Part shown: positions 10,308-18,866 of the stretch, one piece after another
How the letters are laid out: each line of letters begins with the position of its first letter
Numbering within the stretch: position 1 is the stretch's first letter
Translations under genes and position numbers: made by a program
Sequence record: SRR20825006_252
Strand: one strand, 5' to 3'
Length of the DNA: 50,381 bases
Notes under the pieces: generated by a model
What the model was told of the DNA's origin: nothing
Database searches by the model: none
Seen by the model: only the letters and a program-made list of their open reading frames with translations

Positions 10308-10609
10308 TGCAGTTCTCCTCCCAGTGTTGCGTGAGTGGTGGCTGCTTCCTCCCCGAAGCAGATGGTCCACCAGCCAAGACAGCGACCGAAATCGCGTCTT
10401 TGCGCATTTTTATGGCGGTAGTTTAACAGTCTTTGCCTTCTCCACCACAATTATTGCGTTTTGGCCTGTCTGTGCGCGGGCACCATGAGCCCTCTGCGGC
10501 GGGGCTGTGAGGCCGTTTGTTTTCTCGCGCCGCACATCATGCGCGTCGCGCAGTGAGAGCTTTTTAAGCGGTGAAGCGGCCGTCCTTACGGTACGCAAGA
10601 TGGTGCCGC

Positions 10610-10626
10610 CGTCCGATTTCCGGACG
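10610..10626. promoter_or_regulatory. Putative enhancer (UAS) palindrome upstream of the COG0523 gene
   Basis: CGTCCG-ATTTC-CGGACG, perfect 6-bp arms; same motif as 110-126. Confidence 0.65.
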
Positions 10627-10643
10627 CTTCTCAGACTGTGCCC

Positions 10644-10660
10644 AGACCGGAAACCGGACG
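10644..10660. promoter_or_regulatory. Second putative UAS upstream of the COG0523 gene
   Basis: Reverse complement CGTCCGGTTTCCGGTCT; starts 34 bp after the first site. Confidence 0.6.
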
Positions 10661-10723
10661 CTTTGGCGAGGGGGTTTGGTGCTCGCTCGCGGCAAGCCGT
10701 TGTTTGGCCTGCAAAGTCGTGGG

Positions 10724-10739
10724 TGGAACGAAACCTGCT
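10724..10739 (+). promoter_or_regulatory. Sigma54-type -24/-12 promoter of the COG0523 gene
   Basis: TGGAACGAAACCTGCT has GG-N10-GC spacing, lies about 30 nt upstream of ATG 10772 and closely resembles 265-280. Confidence 0.7.
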
Positions 10740-10771
10740 TCTCATTTGGGTGGATGGATGGAGGAAAACCG

Positions 10772-12022
10772 ATGACAACGCCCGAAAACCTTGCTGTTTT
10801 GGCGCGCCCTGCGGACGTGGGGCGGGTGCCCGTGACCCTGTTGACCGGGTTCTTGGGGGCCGGAAAAACAACACTTTTAAACCAGCTCATGCGCCTGCCC
10901 GAAATGGCCTCTGCGGCTGTTTTCATCAATGAGTTTGGCGAAATTGGCATTGATCACCACCTTGTAGAGCGAATCGATGAGGCCTTGGTGATTCTCGAGT
11001 CTGGCTGTGTGTGTTGCTCGGTTCAGGGCGATCTGATCGCCGAATTGAAGCGGCTGCATGACCGCATGGCGCGGCGCGAGATTCCGCAGGTGTCACGTGT
11101 GGTGATCGAGACCACGGGTTTGGCCGATCCGATGCCGGTGGTGCGGGCGTTGATGGAGGATCGGTTTGTGTCCGCCCGTTTCCGTTGTGACGGGATCGTC
11201 ACGGTGGTGGACAGTGAACATGCTTGTGCCCAGTTGGCGCATCATCGTGAGGCTCGGGTTCAGGTCAGCATGGCGGACCGGATCGTCTTGTCGAAAACCG
11301 AGCTTGCAACGCGGGCCGCGCGGGCAGAATTGACCAAAGTGTTGACGGCGCTGAACCCTGCCGCACCGCGGGTGAGTGCGGCGGAGGCGGTTGACGCGGT
11401 GGGCACTGTGTTTGGCGGCGGGCTTTATGCGCCGGAACAGATCCCGCAGGACCTTGATGGGTGGTTGCAGTCTCACACCCCCTCAGGGCCGCGCCCGAAA
11501 ACGATCTCCCTGCCGTTTCCTGCGGCAACACAAGACCACCATAGCGGCCGCGTCCGCAGCTTTTCCGTACGCTTGTCGGAGCCGGTGGCCTGGCGGGGCT
11601 TTTCTGTGCGGATCGGGGAACTCCTTGCGCGCTGGTCGGGTCAGATTTTGCGCCTCAAAGGCATTGTGGCCGTTGAGGGGATCGACACACCAACCGCCAT
11701 TCAATGCGTGCAGGATACGGCCTATGCGCCCGTGCATATGGCGCGCTGGCCAAAACAGGATGCGACCGGGGCATTGCGTGCGGGGCAGGGCGCGGTGGTG
11801 GTGATCGGCGAGGATTTGACGGCTGAGGATGAGCGGGCCATGCGCGCATTGTTGACCGATTTTCCGGCGGATAGATTGGCCCTGCGCCGCGCGGCGGCCT
11901 TGCCGGGCTTGGCCACGCGCAACTGGCTCAACGAGCGGATGCCCCTGGCCTCACGATCGGGGATGAGCTCTGAGGCATTTGTGATCCAACCGCGGTTTTT
12001 GCATGACGCGCGTGTAACATGA
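10772..12022 (+). CDS. COG0523/CobW-family G3E GTPase metallochaperone
   Basis: LTGFLGAGKTT, INEFGE, GCVCC (CxCC), ETTGLADP, SKTE and CobW_C-like ILRLKG; RBS GGAGG before ATG 10772. Confidence 0.9.
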   Translation: MTTPENLAVLARPADVGRVPVTLLTGFLGAGKTTLLNQLMRLPEMASAAVFINEFGEIGIDHHLVERIDEALVILESGCVCCSVQGDLIAELKRLHDRMARREIPQVSRVVIETTGLADPMPVVRALMEDRFVSARFRCDGIVTVVDSEHACAQLAHHREARVQVSMADRIVLSKTELATRAARAELTKVLTALNPAAPRVSAAEAVDAVGTVFGGGLYAPEQIPQDLDGWLQSHTPSGPRPKTISLPFPAATQDHHSGRVRSFSVRLSEPVAWRGFSVRIGELLARWSGQILRLKGIVAVEGIDTPTAIQCVQDTAYAPVHMARWPKQDATGALRAGQGAVVVIGEDLTAEDERAMRALLTDFPADRLALRRAAALPGLATRNWLNERMPLASRSGMSSEAFVIQPRFLHDARVT

Positions 12023-12066
12023 GAGTTCAATATGCCCCCAAGCAGACGGTCGCGTGCGCGTCACCT

Positions 12067-12639
12067 TCACTCGACAACAATGATTTTAGACACCAGCTCA
12101 GCCGTGTTGCGCGCCCCCAGCTTTTTCATCAGCCGGGCGCGGTGAACTTCGACGGTGCGATGGGAAATACCAAGCGTGAGACCGATCTCTTTACAGGTTC
12201 GCCCATTGACAACATGCCGGGCAATGTCCTGTTCGCGCGGGGTCAGATCGACCGAGCGCGCCACCTGTTCGGCCACTCTTTCAAAGGCCCAAATCGTCAA
12301 AGCGAAAGGGTCCGCGGGGCTCAGCGTCACACCACGCGCCCGCACCCAGCAAATCGTCCCATCGGCTGTTTTCATAAACCTCTGATCTTCATAGCATGTA
12401 TGGTTGGCCATTTCGGTTCTGGCCCGTGCGCCGATCAGGTTGAAATCGGCGTGACTGGGATAAAGCAGCCGAACCGATTGGCCTTCAAGCGTTTCGGCCT
12501 TGTAGCCGAGCATGGCCTGCGCCGCCTTATTGGCGCGCAAAATCTGGCGATGCGCAAGGATCAGTTGCGCGATGGGAGATTCAATAAATCCAAGGTCGCT
12601 CAGAGAGGGATTGGTGATCATGGGGGCAGTATAGCGCAT
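12067..12639 (-). CDS. PAS-domain LuxR-family transcriptional regulator
   Basis: N-terminal PAS-like segment and C-terminal LTPREQDIA...TCKEIG..LGISHRTVEVHRARLMKKL; alternative start at 12621. Confidence 0.88.
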   Translation of the reverse strand: MRYTAPMITNPSLSDLGFIESPIAQLILAHRQILRANKAAQAMLGYKAETLEGQSVRLLYPSHADFNLIGARARTEMANHTCYEDQRFMKTADGTICWVRARGVTLSPADPFALTIWAFERVAEQVARSVDLTPREQDIARHVVNGRTCKEIGLTLGISHRTVEVHRARLMKKLGARNTAELVSKIIVVE

Positions 12640-12655
12640 CCGCAGGGGCTGCCTA

Positions 12656-12689
12656 TACGTATTTGACTACGTAGGAATACGCATAAGTA
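12656..12689. promoter_or_regulatory. TACGTA repeat array in the divergent LuxR/thiolase promoter
   Basis: TACGTA (12656), TACGTA (12668), TACGCA (12678), TAAGTA (12684); likely operator of the adjacent LuxR. Confidence 0.5.
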
Positions 12690-12779
12690 GTTGCCCTAAT
12701 ATCGCTGCGCTGCACAGGCAGGCAGGGTGGTGCAAGCACCACAGGGGCGGACTAAATGGCAATCACAAAGGAGAACAAC

Positions 12780-13946
12780 ATGACCGGCATTCATATCGTG
12801 GGCAGTGGCCATACCGCGTTTGGGCGGCTCGATGCCCGAAGCCTGGAAGACCTGATCGTCGAAGCCACGCGCGAGGCTTTGTCGGAGGCCGGGATCAGCG
12901 GCAAAGACATTGATGCGGTGTATCTAGGACATTTCAATGCTGGCATGTCCGACGATGGGTTTGCCTCATCCTTGATCCATCAGGCCGACGACCAATTGCG
13001 GTTCAAACCGGCAACACGGATTGAAAACGCCTGTGCCTCGGGGTCGGGGGCGGTTTACGCCGGGATGGACGCCATTTTGGCGGGTCGGGCCAAGCGCGTT
13101 TTGGTGGTGGGTGTCGAAAAAATGACCCACCGCAGCACAGCCGAAGTGACCGCCTCTCTTGGCCGCGCCGGGTATCAAGGCGATCCGAGCGAGGCCGGGT
13201 TGAGCTTTCCGCAAGTGTTCGCCATCGCGGCCAAAGCCTATGCCGAGCGCTATAGCGATCCGATGGAGGCCATGGCGCGGATTTCGTCGAAGAACCATAA
13301 AAATGCTCTGGCCAATCCACTGGCCCAAATGCGCCGTGACCTGAGCTTTGAGCAATGCAACGAGGTGACCGAAAAGAACCCGCTGATCGCGCCGCCGTTA
13401 CGCTTGTCGGATTGTTCACTGATTTCCGATGGTGCCGCCGCCGTGGTGCTCAGTGCCGATCCGGCGGCCCATGCGCGCAGTGCGCATATCCGGGCCGCCG
13501 CGCATGTGTCGGATTTCCTGCCGATGTCGCGGCATGATATCCTGCGGTTTGAAGGTCCAAAACGGGCCGTGGCACAGGCCTATGCGGAGGCGGGCATCAA
13601 GGTGGATGATGTGGGATTTGCCGAGGTGCATGACTGTTTCACCATCGCGGAATTGCTGATGTACGAAGCGCTTGGCCTGTGTGACGCGGGGCAGGGGGCG
13701 ACTGTGTTGGCTGATGGCTCTGTCTATCGCGGCGGACGGTTGCCGGTGAACCTGTCGGGCGGGCTCAAGGCCAAAGGCCACCCTGTCGGGGCGACGGGCG
13801 TGTCGATGCATGCGCTGTCGTTTCGGCAATTGACCGGCACGGCGGGGGAGATTCAGGTGGCTGCCCCGCGTATTGGCGTTGTGGTCAATATGGGTGGCGC
13901 GGCCGTGGCAAACTATGCCACCGTGTTGGAAACGGGCCACGTCTGA
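12780..13946 (+). CDS. SCP2-type thiolase (acetyl-CoA acetyltransferase-like)
   Basis: IENACASG (nucleophile Cys), VGVEKM, EVHDCF, KGHPVGATG; RBS AAGGAG before ATG 12780. Confidence 0.9.
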   Translation: MTGIHIVGSGHTAFGRLDARSLEDLIVEATREALSEAGISGKDIDAVYLGHFNAGMSDDGFASSLIHQADDQLRFKPATRIENACASGSGAVYAGMDAILAGRAKRVLVVGVEKMTHRSTAEVTASLGRAGYQGDPSEAGLSFPQVFAIAAKAYAERYSDPMEAMARISSKNHKNALANPLAQMRRDLSFEQCNEVTEKNPLIAPPLRLSDCSLISDGAAAVVLSADPAAHARSAHIRAAAHVSDFLPMSRHDILRFEGPKRAVAQAYAEAGIKVDDVGFAEVHDCFTIAELLMYEALGLCDAGQGATVLADGSVYRGGRLPVNLSGGLKAKGHPVGATGVSMHALSFRQLTGTAGEIQVAAPRIGVVVNMGGAAVANYATVLETGHV

Positions 13947-14135
13947 GCAAAGGCGTGGCTGAGGGGAGGAGCGCATGAGCTTGGCCGACCTGTCAGGGAG
14001 CTTTGGGGATCGGGTGGCCAGTGCCATTTTGGGCTCTGTGTCACAGCGCGCGCGCCATGGTTGGGCCACAGCGGGCGGTTTGATCCGGTCCGATCTCATG
14101 GTATTCAAACCACTTCTGTTGTTGGGTTCAACACC

Positions 14136-15431
14136 ATGAGAGGCCCCAGTCTGCATCAGGTTCAATACCCGGCACAGCGGATGTCTCAGACGATGCAACG
14201 TGCGCTCAATCTGTTGCAAATGGACAATGCCGAACTGAGCGGTCTTTTGATCGAAGAGGCCGCGCGCAATCCCCATGTGCAGGTCACGTTGCCGATGCCC
14301 GAAGACCCGGTGCCGCCGCGCAAGCACAGGCATTGGGGCACGCCCGGTCTCATGGCCGGGGCCGCCGATTTTGATCCCGATCGCATGGGCGCCCAGGCGG
14401 CCGGTCTCTACGCCCATGTTCAGGCGCAGGTGGGGCTTCTTTTTAAAACCGCAAATGAGCGCGCCATTGCCGAGGTGTTCGTCTCTGCGCTCGATCTGTC
14501 GGGCTGGTTGGGCGAGACGGTGGAGGAGGTCGCCCGCGCGGCGGGCTGTTCTCCTGAGACGGCGGAACAGGTGTTGCGCAGATTGCAGGGGGTTGAACCC
14601 ACCGGGCTGTTCGCGCGGTCGCTGGCCGAATGTCTAAGCCTACAATTGGCCGAGGCACAGGCCTTGGACGCGCCGATGCAGCGCTTGCTGGACAACCTTC
14701 CGGCCTTGGCGCGGGGCGATACGGCGGTGTTGTTGGATCGGTGCGGTGTGGATGCCAAGGAATTGGGTCGTATGGTTACGCTTTTACGCAGCCTTGATCC
14801 CAAACCGGGCGCGCAATTCGACTCCGGCCCGGCACCCCGTCGCGCGCCTGATCTGATCGTCAGCCGGGATGCACAGGACAGGTGGCAGGTGGTGATGAAC
14901 CGGGCCAGCACACCGGAAGTTCAAGTGGCGCGTTTGGCCGAGCCGACCAGTAAGGAGGGTTTGGAAACCGCACGATGGCTGGAGCGTACCTTGTCGCGGC
15001 GCAACCAAATGATCCTGCGGGTTGCGGGCTATGTGATTGCGTTTCAGCACGCGTTTCTGGAACAGGGGCCGACGCAGTTAAAGCCATTGACCAACGCCGA
15101 GGCGGGCGCGGCCCTGGGTCTTCATGAAACCACGGTGGGGCGTATCCGCAACGGGCTTTTGCTGCAATTGCCCGCGCGCGTGCTGGCGCTGGATGCGTTT
15201 TTTGGCCGGGGGCGCGTGGCGTGTCGTAATGGTGGCAGTCTCGCCGGGGATGCAATTGTTGCCATCATCCGATCCCTGGTTGCCACTGAACCGCCAAAGG
15301 CCCCGTTGACCGACGCTCAACTGGTGGACGCCCTTGCCCAACGGGGTATCACGTTGTCGCGTCGGACATTGGCCAACTGGCGCAAGCGCGCCGGGATCAA
15401 GGCCGCCTCAGACCGCAAATGCGCCAAATAG
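14136..15431 (+). CDS. rpoN: RNA polymerase sigma-54 factor, divergent paralogue
   Basis: Gln/Leu-rich region I (QRMSQTMQRALNLLQM...NP), EPTGLFARSLAECLSLQL, LDPKPG, HTH LGLHETTVGR and RpoN-box-like SRRTLANWRK. Start 14136 chosen by homology. Confidence 0.9.
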   Translation: MRGPSLHQVQYPAQRMSQTMQRALNLLQMDNAELSGLLIEEAARNPHVQVTLPMPEDPVPPRKHRHWGTPGLMAGAADFDPDRMGAQAAGLYAHVQAQVGLLFKTANERAIAEVFVSALDLSGWLGETVEEVARAAGCSPETAEQVLRRLQGVEPTGLFARSLAECLSLQLAEAQALDAPMQRLLDNLPALARGDTAVLLDRCGVDAKELGRMVTLLRSLDPKPGAQFDSGPAPRRAPDLIVSRDAQDRWQVVMNRASTPEVQVARLAEPTSKEGLETARWLERTLSRRNQMILRVAGYVIAFQHAFLEQGPTQLKPLTNAEAGAALGLHETTVGRIRNGLLLQLPARVLALDAFFGRGRVACRNGGSLAGDAIVAIIRSLVATEPPKAPLTDAQLVDALAQRGITLSRRTLANWRKRAGIKAASDRKCAK

Positions 15432-15496
15432 GCCGCCCCGGCCTAAACCGAAGATATGACAAACTGTTGTGCCAGCTCATCGTCTTGCCCATGAGA

Positions 15497-16273
15497 TCAG
15501 GGGATCACGCGCTTGATCTCGGCAACAACGAGGGCAGGGGCGGTTTTTTGGATGTAGTGGCCACTGGCCACCGGAACCACTCTGGCCTGCCGAAAGCCTG
15601 TTGCAAACCGTTCGGCATAGGAGATCCAAAGCCCGCGCCAGCGCGCATCTTCGCCAAGACCACCCTGCTCGGCCACCATAATCGTGATCGGCATATCGCG
15701 CAGCGCGCTTAGGTCCGCCAATGCGGCCTCCGTCTCCGGCGCCCCTGCCAGTTCGAGTTGCTCAGTGTCGGACATGGTCAGACGCAAAAGCGCAGGCACC
15801 TCACAGCCACGCAGACCCGTCAATTTGCACTGAGCCGTAAAGCCCGGCAGGCGCGGATCAACCAAAACGATGCCCGCAACCTGTTCGGAATGGTCCTTGG
15901 CGAATTGCAGCGCATAAAGCGCTCCCAGCGAATGGCCGACAAGAATATAGGGCGCTGCAACGGTTTGCTGTGCCAATTCCTGTGTGAGGTGAGTGGACAC
16001 CTCTGCGCCGGTGCGGCGTCCGTCGCGGTCACCGGGCCATGGACGTCCGACAAGCAGCGAGGGACCAAGCCCATAGCCCGCGCGGGTCCAGGCAAACCGC
16101 CCAAACTCGGGCGGGAGGGCCACGCCGTCCCAGACGTCAGCGGCATCGCCAAGCCCCGCTTCGAAGACGACCGTCGGGCCGGTTGTGGCGCGGGTGACGT
16201 CTGGGGATGGGCCGGCACAGGCGGCCAAGGCCAGACAGAGTAAGAGACGGGTTGAGGGACTGAGCATGGACAT
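15497..16273 (-). CDS. Alpha/beta-fold hydrolase, predicted lipoprotein
   Basis: Signal peptide with lipobox LAAC, VVFEAGLGD, GHSLG nucleophile elbow, SGHYIQ; RBS AGGAG before ATG 16273. Confidence 0.85.
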   Translation of the reverse strand: MSMLSPSTRLLLCLALAACAGPSPDVTRATTGPTVVFEAGLGDAADVWDGVALPPEFGRFAWTRAGYGLGPSLLVGRPWPGDRDGRRTGAEVSTHLTQELAQQTVAAPYILVGHSLGALYALQFAKDHSEQVAGIVLVDPRLPGFTAQCKLTGLRGCEVPALLRLTMSDTEQLELAGAPETEAALADLSALRDMPITIMVAEQGGLGEDARWRGLWISYAERFATGFRQARVVPVASGHYIQKTAPALVVAEIKRVIP

Positions 16274-16404
16274 GGAAACTCCTGAAGGATGAGGCCTGAA
16301 GATGGTCTCGAAAGCGGGGCCAAAGCGACCGGTCCAAGCGGTCCGGTCCTTGTCACGCTGAGTCACCTCGTCCAGATTGCCCACGACAGCCAAGAGGACA
16401 TCAG

Positions 16405-17526
16405 ATGTCGGACACTTTGATTGGAATGGCAGTGATGGCGACACTGGCCCTTTGGGTGCGGGGGCGTGGTTTCGATCGGCGGCTTTGGCCCGCAAGCCGC
16501 GCGCTCATTCTCTTTAGTGCCGCGTTGGCGGTGGCCCTGATCCTTGACGCCACCCGATGGGCGGACTGGGAGGTGTTTATTCTTCCGATGCTGCCCCTGG
16601 CGCTGGCCTATCATCTCGACGCCTTGGCCGGAGAGGTGCAATGGCGGAGGGGAGATGCTCTAGTTGGGCTCAGTGGCGTGCTTTGCTTGCCCTATTTGCT
16701 CATGCCTGCTTCTGCGCTTCAGGCCATTGAGGCGGGCCAGATGCCCGATCTTGATCCGCGATTCCTGTTGGTGATGCTGGCCGGGGTTGGGCTGTTCTGG
16801 GCGCTGTTGATGTGGGCGACGACACTTTCGGGCCTGCGGATATGGCGGACCCTGCGCGACTACCGCACCCGCTTGGCACAGGTTATCGCACAGCCGCCCT
16901 CGCCCCGGCTAAATGGTGTCGCACTCCTTGGTGGCTTTCTGGCCTGCGTCTTCGGTCTGCACCTTTTGGACCTTCTGGCCCTTGGCTCTTTGCTGGGAGG
17001 CCAAGCGGGCGATCTGTTTCTTTTGGCGCTCATCCTTGGCGTTGCTTTGCATGGATTGAGCCTGCGCGAGGTTTGGCCCGACTGGGCCGATGCGGCGATC
17101 CGGTCGCCAGTTGACGCCGCGGACACAACACCAAGCTATGCGCGTTCGGGTCTCGACGCGGCGGCGATCACCCAATTGCTGGGGCGTCTCGATGCGGCGA
17201 TGGCGCGGGAGTCTCTGTGGCGCATTCCCGGATTGACCCTGTCCGATCTTGCAACAGCGGCGCGCGCGAAACCATTTTATGTCAGCCAAGCCCTCAACCA
17301 AGGCCGTGGCGAAAGCTTCTTTGATTACGTCAATCGCGCGCGCGTGTGCGAGGCGCAACACCTTTTGCGCGACAGCGATGACACAATCCTCGACGTCGCC
17401 TATGCTGTTGGGTTCAATGCAAAATCAACCTTCAACGCGGCGTTTCGCAAACATATGGGGATGACACCAAGCCAATGGCGCAGGGCCGAGCCGGTTGGAC
17501 GGGACGCCACCGGAGGAACAGGCTGA
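16405..17526 (+). CDS. Membrane-anchored AraC-family transcriptional regulator
   Basis: Several N-terminal hydrophobic helices; C-terminal AraC signature (SFFDYVNRARV...ILDVAYAVGFNAKSTFNAAFRKHMGMTPSQWR). Confidence 0.9.
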   Translation: MSDTLIGMAVMATLALWVRGRGFDRRLWPASRALILFSAALAVALILDATRWADWEVFILPMLPLALAYHLDALAGEVQWRRGDALVGLSGVLCLPYLLMPASALQAIEAGQMPDLDPRFLLVMLAGVGLFWALLMWATTLSGLRIWRTLRDYRTRLAQVIAQPPSPRLNGVALLGGFLACVFGLHLLDLLALGSLLGGQAGDLFLLALILGVALHGLSLREVWPDWADAAIRSPVDAADTTPSYARSGLDAAAITQLLGRLDAAMARESLWRIPGLTLSDLATAARAKPFYVSQALNQGRGESFFDYVNRARVCEAQHLLRDSDDTILDVAYAVGFNAKSTFNAAFRKHMGMTPSQWRRAEPVGRDATGGTG

Positions 17527-17566
17527 TAGGGGCTGCGGACGCTTTCTTATGCAAGGTCCCGGACCC

Positions 17567-18619
17567 ATGACACCCTTCACCCGACGCCTTTTTTTGTCTC
17601 TTCTGGCTGCGTTACCCACAGCCTGCGCCGCCCCTGCGCGCCGCCCGCAAGACCCCGCAACGCGGCCCTATCCGCATCGCACCGTCACCATCCCGCGCGC
17701 GACCAGCGCATTGGCGGGAGAGATCGTGTCGCCTACTGGTATGGGCCCCTTTCCTGCCGTTCTGCTTTTATCTGGATCGGGACCGCAAGACCGCGATGAG
17801 ACGGTGGCGGGGCATCGCCCCTTTCTCCTGCTCTCGGATGCGTTCGCACGCGCCGGGATCGCCAGCCTACGCTACGACAAGCGCGGGGTGGGAAGCAGCG
17901 CGGGGGATTTTGCGACAGCAACAATCACCGATTTCGCACGCGATGGTGGGGTCGCATTCGACTGGCTCGCCACACAACCCGAGATCGACTCGGATCGGAT
18001 CGCATTGCTTGGCCATTCCGAAGGTGGGCTGACCGCCCCACTTGCAGCACGCGGGCGCAACGTGGCGGCTCTGGTTTTGATGGCGGGGCCGGGTCTGCCA
18101 ATGGAACGGATCATCCGCCGACAGACCGAGGTGATCGCCCAGCAAAGCGGCGCAAGCGCAACCGAGATCATCCAGTTCGATCACGCCCTTGCAGAGATCT
18201 TTGAAGTGCTGCGCCATGCCCCAGATGCCGTACAGGCAAAACCCGGCATCGAAGCCGCGGTTGCGGATTTACCCCGGCAGGTGCGCCGCCATTTCATGGA
18301 TATGCTCGCCACCCCTTGGGGACATGACGCCGTCCGCCACGATCCTCGCACCGTACTTGAGGCGTTCCCCGGCCCGGTTCTCGCGCTTTTTGGGGCGAAA
18401 GATGTTCAGGTCGATGCCATCGCAAACGCCGCTGCGCTGCGCGCCCTTGTACAGAGGCACCCGGCGTTTCAAGTTCAGATCTATCCGGGTCTGAACCATC
18501 TTTTTCAACCGAGCGACACGGGCAGTCCGCAGGACTACGCGCGGATCGAGACGACGATGGCACCGGAGGTGATTACCGCGATCATACATTTTCTGAGACA
18601 GGCGTTCTCTTTATTTTAA
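17567..18619 (+). CDS. Alpha/beta hydrolase (S9/S15-like), probable Tat-exported lipoprotein
   Basis: TRRLFL twin-arginine motif followed by PTAC; SGSGPQDRDE, RYDKRGVG, GHSEG, GAKDVQV, LNHLF. Confidence 0.85.
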   Translation: MTPFTRRLFLSLLAALPTACAAPARRPQDPATRPYPHRTVTIPRATSALAGEIVSPTGMGPFPAVLLLSGSGPQDRDETVAGHRPFLLLSDAFARAGIASLRYDKRGVGSSAGDFATATITDFARDGGVAFDWLATQPEIDSDRIALLGHSEGGLTAPLAARGRNVAALVLMAGPGLPMERIIRRQTEVIAQQSGASATEIIQFDHALAEIFEVLRHAPDAVQAKPGIEAAVADLPRQVRRHFMDMLATPWGHDAVRHDPRTVLEAFPGPVLALFGAKDVQVDAIANAAALRALVQRHPAFQVQIYPGLNHLFQPSDTGSPQDYARIETTMAPEVITAIIHFLRQAFSLF

Positions 18620-18866
18620 GGCGCCCACGGGTTCTGACGCCTCCTTTCGGTTTCGGTTCTGCGCAAAATCTGGCAGCGTCAAGTGGGTGTCGGCAGGGGT
18701 TTTGAAGGGTCGATGTCAAGGGAGTGCCTGATCCGAAGGCTGTGATGGTGTATGTGGTGTTTTTTGCCTGAAATCTGTGGATTCAAGCGACCTCAACCAC
18801 CCCGTTTCCAGCATCGGCGGGCGGTTGCAACCCGTGTGACGGAAGGAGCTGACCCTGTGCGCCCCG

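Noticed and set aside
10772-12022. cobW in cobalamin biosynthesis
   Set aside because: No cob genes or B12 riboswitch nearby; the promoter architecture links it to the apc operon.
18620-18866. Convergent intergenic gap examined for an IS scar or sRNA
   Set aside because: No convincing repeat, long hairpin or motif was found.
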